A stretch of 64,000 nucleotides of DNA from an uncultured Bacteroidales bacterium. Its GTDB lineage: Bacteria > Bacteroidota > Bacteroidia > Bacteroidales > UBA932. The stretch is from assembly GCA_902491795.1 (NCBI GenBank), contig CABUIX010000001.1:24054-88053 (forward strand), given 5' to 3'. Shown piece after piece: positions 62,708 through 64,000 of this stretch. Each line of letters starts with the position of its first letter. Within the stretch, counting starts at the first letter, position 1. The translations under genes and the position numbers were made by a program. The notes beneath the pieces were generated by a model that was not told the origin of the DNA, made no database searches, and saw only the letters and a program-made list of their open reading frames with translations.

Positions 62708-62715
62708 TATATTTG
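62708..62715 (+). promoter_or_regulatory. -7 box for the GH43 gene
   Basis: TATATTTG is an exact consensus match, 42 nt upstream of the ATG at 62757. Confidence 0.45.
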
Positions 62716-62756
62716 TATGATTGGCCACTGACGCAATCGACAATACCGCTGACAAG

Positions 62757-64000
62757 ATGAAATTCATTTGCCTTATCGTTTCGCTGCTCTTGCTTGTTCC
62801 GGCCAACGCGAGACAGCGCTACAGCAATCCGATATTGTACTCGGACTACTCAGATCCGGACGTGATCAGAGTCGGCGACGACTACTGGATGACGGCATCT
62901 TCGTTCACCTGCTGGCCGGGACTGCAGATTCTGCATTCGACAAATCTCGTTGACTGGGAAATAGTCAATGCCGCAGTGCCTGAATATGGACCGGCCCAGG
63001 AATACGACAAACCGTCGCACGGCAACGGAATCTGGGCTCCATGCATTCGCTGGCATGACGGAAAATTCTGGATTTTCTGGGGAGACCCCGACCAGGGGAT
63101 CTTCCAAATCAGCACGTCCGACCCATGCGGCGAATGGAGCAAGCCTCATCTTGTCCTCGAGGGCAAGGGACTGATTGATCCGAGCCCTCTCTGGGATGAC
63201 GACGGCAGAGTTTACCTGGTACACGGCTGGGCCGGATCGCGAGCAGGTTTCAAGAGCGTTCTCAGCGTGTGCGAGCTCGACAAGGACTGCACCAGGGTCG
63301 TCGGCAGCCAGGTCCTTGTATTCGACGGGAAGAAACACGGCAACGAAACCGTCGAGGGACCCAAATTCTACAAACGCAACGGATGGTACTACATATTCGC
63401 CCCTTCAGGCGGAGTCAAGGAAGGCTGGCAGCTTGTACTGCGCTCAAGAAACGTGTACGGCCCGTATGAATGGCGGAATGTCCTTCACCAGGGCAATACG
63501 GACATACACGGTCCCCACCAGGGCGGATGGGTAAGCGACATTGAGGGGAACGACTGGTTCCTGCATTTCGAGGACAGGTATGCATGGGGCCGTGTATGCC
63601 ACCTGCAGCCGATGACATGGCTTGAAGACGACTGGTGCATAATAGGAAAGGACATCAATGATGACGGGATAGGAGAGCCGGTCGAGAGCTGGGAAATGCC
63701 GGCCGTTTCTCCCGATGCACAGATGCTGGGCGGAGTTCCGGCCATGGCAACAACAACGGATTTCACAGGAACATCTGTTCCTCTCAACTGGCAGTGGGAA
63801 GCCAATCCCAAATTCTGGTGGTTCATGACCAATCCGGAACTTGGTTGCCTGAGGCTCAACTGCATAAAAAACCCCGACGGATGGAGAAATCTCCGTGACA
63901 CCCCGAACATTCTCGCTCAGAAGATCGTCGGCCCGAGCATGGAATTCACGACCAGACTCGTGTTCCGTCCATCCTACCCCGGAGACAGGGCCGGGGTCAT
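62757..64000 (+). CDS. GH43-family glycoside hydrolase (beta-xylosidase/alpha-L-arabinofuranosidase type) with the start of a C-terminal beta-sandwich; 3' end lies outside the window
   Basis: This ORF is not in the supplied track because it has no stop in the window. My hand translation from the ATG at 62757 gives MKFICLIVSLLLLVPANARQRYSNPILYSDYSDPDVIRVGDDYWMTASSF...GIWAPCIRWHDGKFWIFWGDPD...IDPSPLWDDDGRVYLVHGW...VEGPKFYKRNGWYYIFAPSGG...HQGGWV. The frame is open to base 64000. Confidence 0.85.
   Translation, partial: MKFICLIVSLLLLVPANARQRYSNPILYSDYSDPDVIRVGDDYWMTASSFTCWPGLQILHSTNLVDWEIVNAAVPEYGPAQEYDKPSHGNGIWAPCIRWHDGKFWIFWGDPDQGIFQISTSDPCGEWSKPHLVLEGKGLIDPSPLWDDDGRVYLVHGWAGSRAGFKSVLSVCELDKDCTRVVGSQVLVFDGKKHGNETVEGPKFYKRNGWYYIFAPSGGVKEGWQLVLRSRNVYGPYEWRNVLHQGNTDIHGPHQGGWVSDIEGNDWFLHFEDRYAWGRVCHLQPMTWLEDDWCIIGKDINDDGIGEPVESWEMPAVSPDAQMLGGVPAMATTTDFTGTSVPLNWQWEANPKFWWFMTNPELGCLRLNCIKNPDGWRNLRDTPNILAQKIVGPSMEFTTRLVFRPSYPGDRAGV

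Noticed and set aside
1-64000. Scan for CRISPR arrays, IS elements or transposases, integrases, prophage genes, toxin-antitoxin or restriction/defence modules, rRNA genes
   Set aside because: I saw none. There are no short regularly spaced repeats, no DDE/tyrosine-recombinase-like ORFs and no phage structural signatures. The only RNA gene found is tRNA-His. The scan was visual and ORF-based only, so small ncRNAs could be missed.

Overview
This window reads as a Bacteroidota (Bacteroidales-type) chromosomal segment. The evidence is SusC/SusD pairs, a hybrid two-component regulator, TAnnTTTG -7 boxes, lipoprotein-rich operons, and an mraZ-to-ftsZ cluster lacking murF and ddl. All family calls come from motif reading only, with no database search. 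In order: (1) 1-18006 is an HTCS-linked polysaccharide utilisation locus. Two paralogous GH110-like beta-helix lipoproteins bracket a beta-lactamase/six-hairpin-glycosidase fusion, two Asp-box beta-propeller lipoproteins, a PKD-domain surface protein, a SusC-like gene broken by a frameshift at a T4 run, and SusD. A 37-nt element is shared upstream of its two operon starts. (2) 18070-23731 holds an AsmA/TamB-like envelope protein, tRNA-His, and a stand-alone carboxyltransferase whose biotinyl-like domain lacks the biotin lysine. (3) 24014-37345 is a large type V (Mfa/FimA-like) pilus locus. It has an OmpA-like/beta-barrel gene split at an A6 run, an anchor-like lipoprotein, and seven tandem fimbrillin-fold lipoproteins. 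The last two (1152 and 786 aa) carry three copies of a roughly 400-aa module ending in a FISUMP-like lectin-type domain (YQWGRKDP ... DPCPxGY ... PVRC). This locus is the most interesting part of the window. (4) 37443-38822 is a MATE transporter. (5) 39115-54115 is a complete dcw cluster with a 20-nt-period direct repeat upstream of mraZ. (6) gltX, truB and rpiB follow. (7) 57214-64000 is a pectin/hexuronate locus (GH105, GH28, kduD-like, kduI, DUF4861-like, GH43 truncated at the window end). I saw no CRISPR array, IS element, integrase, prophage or recognisable defence genes.
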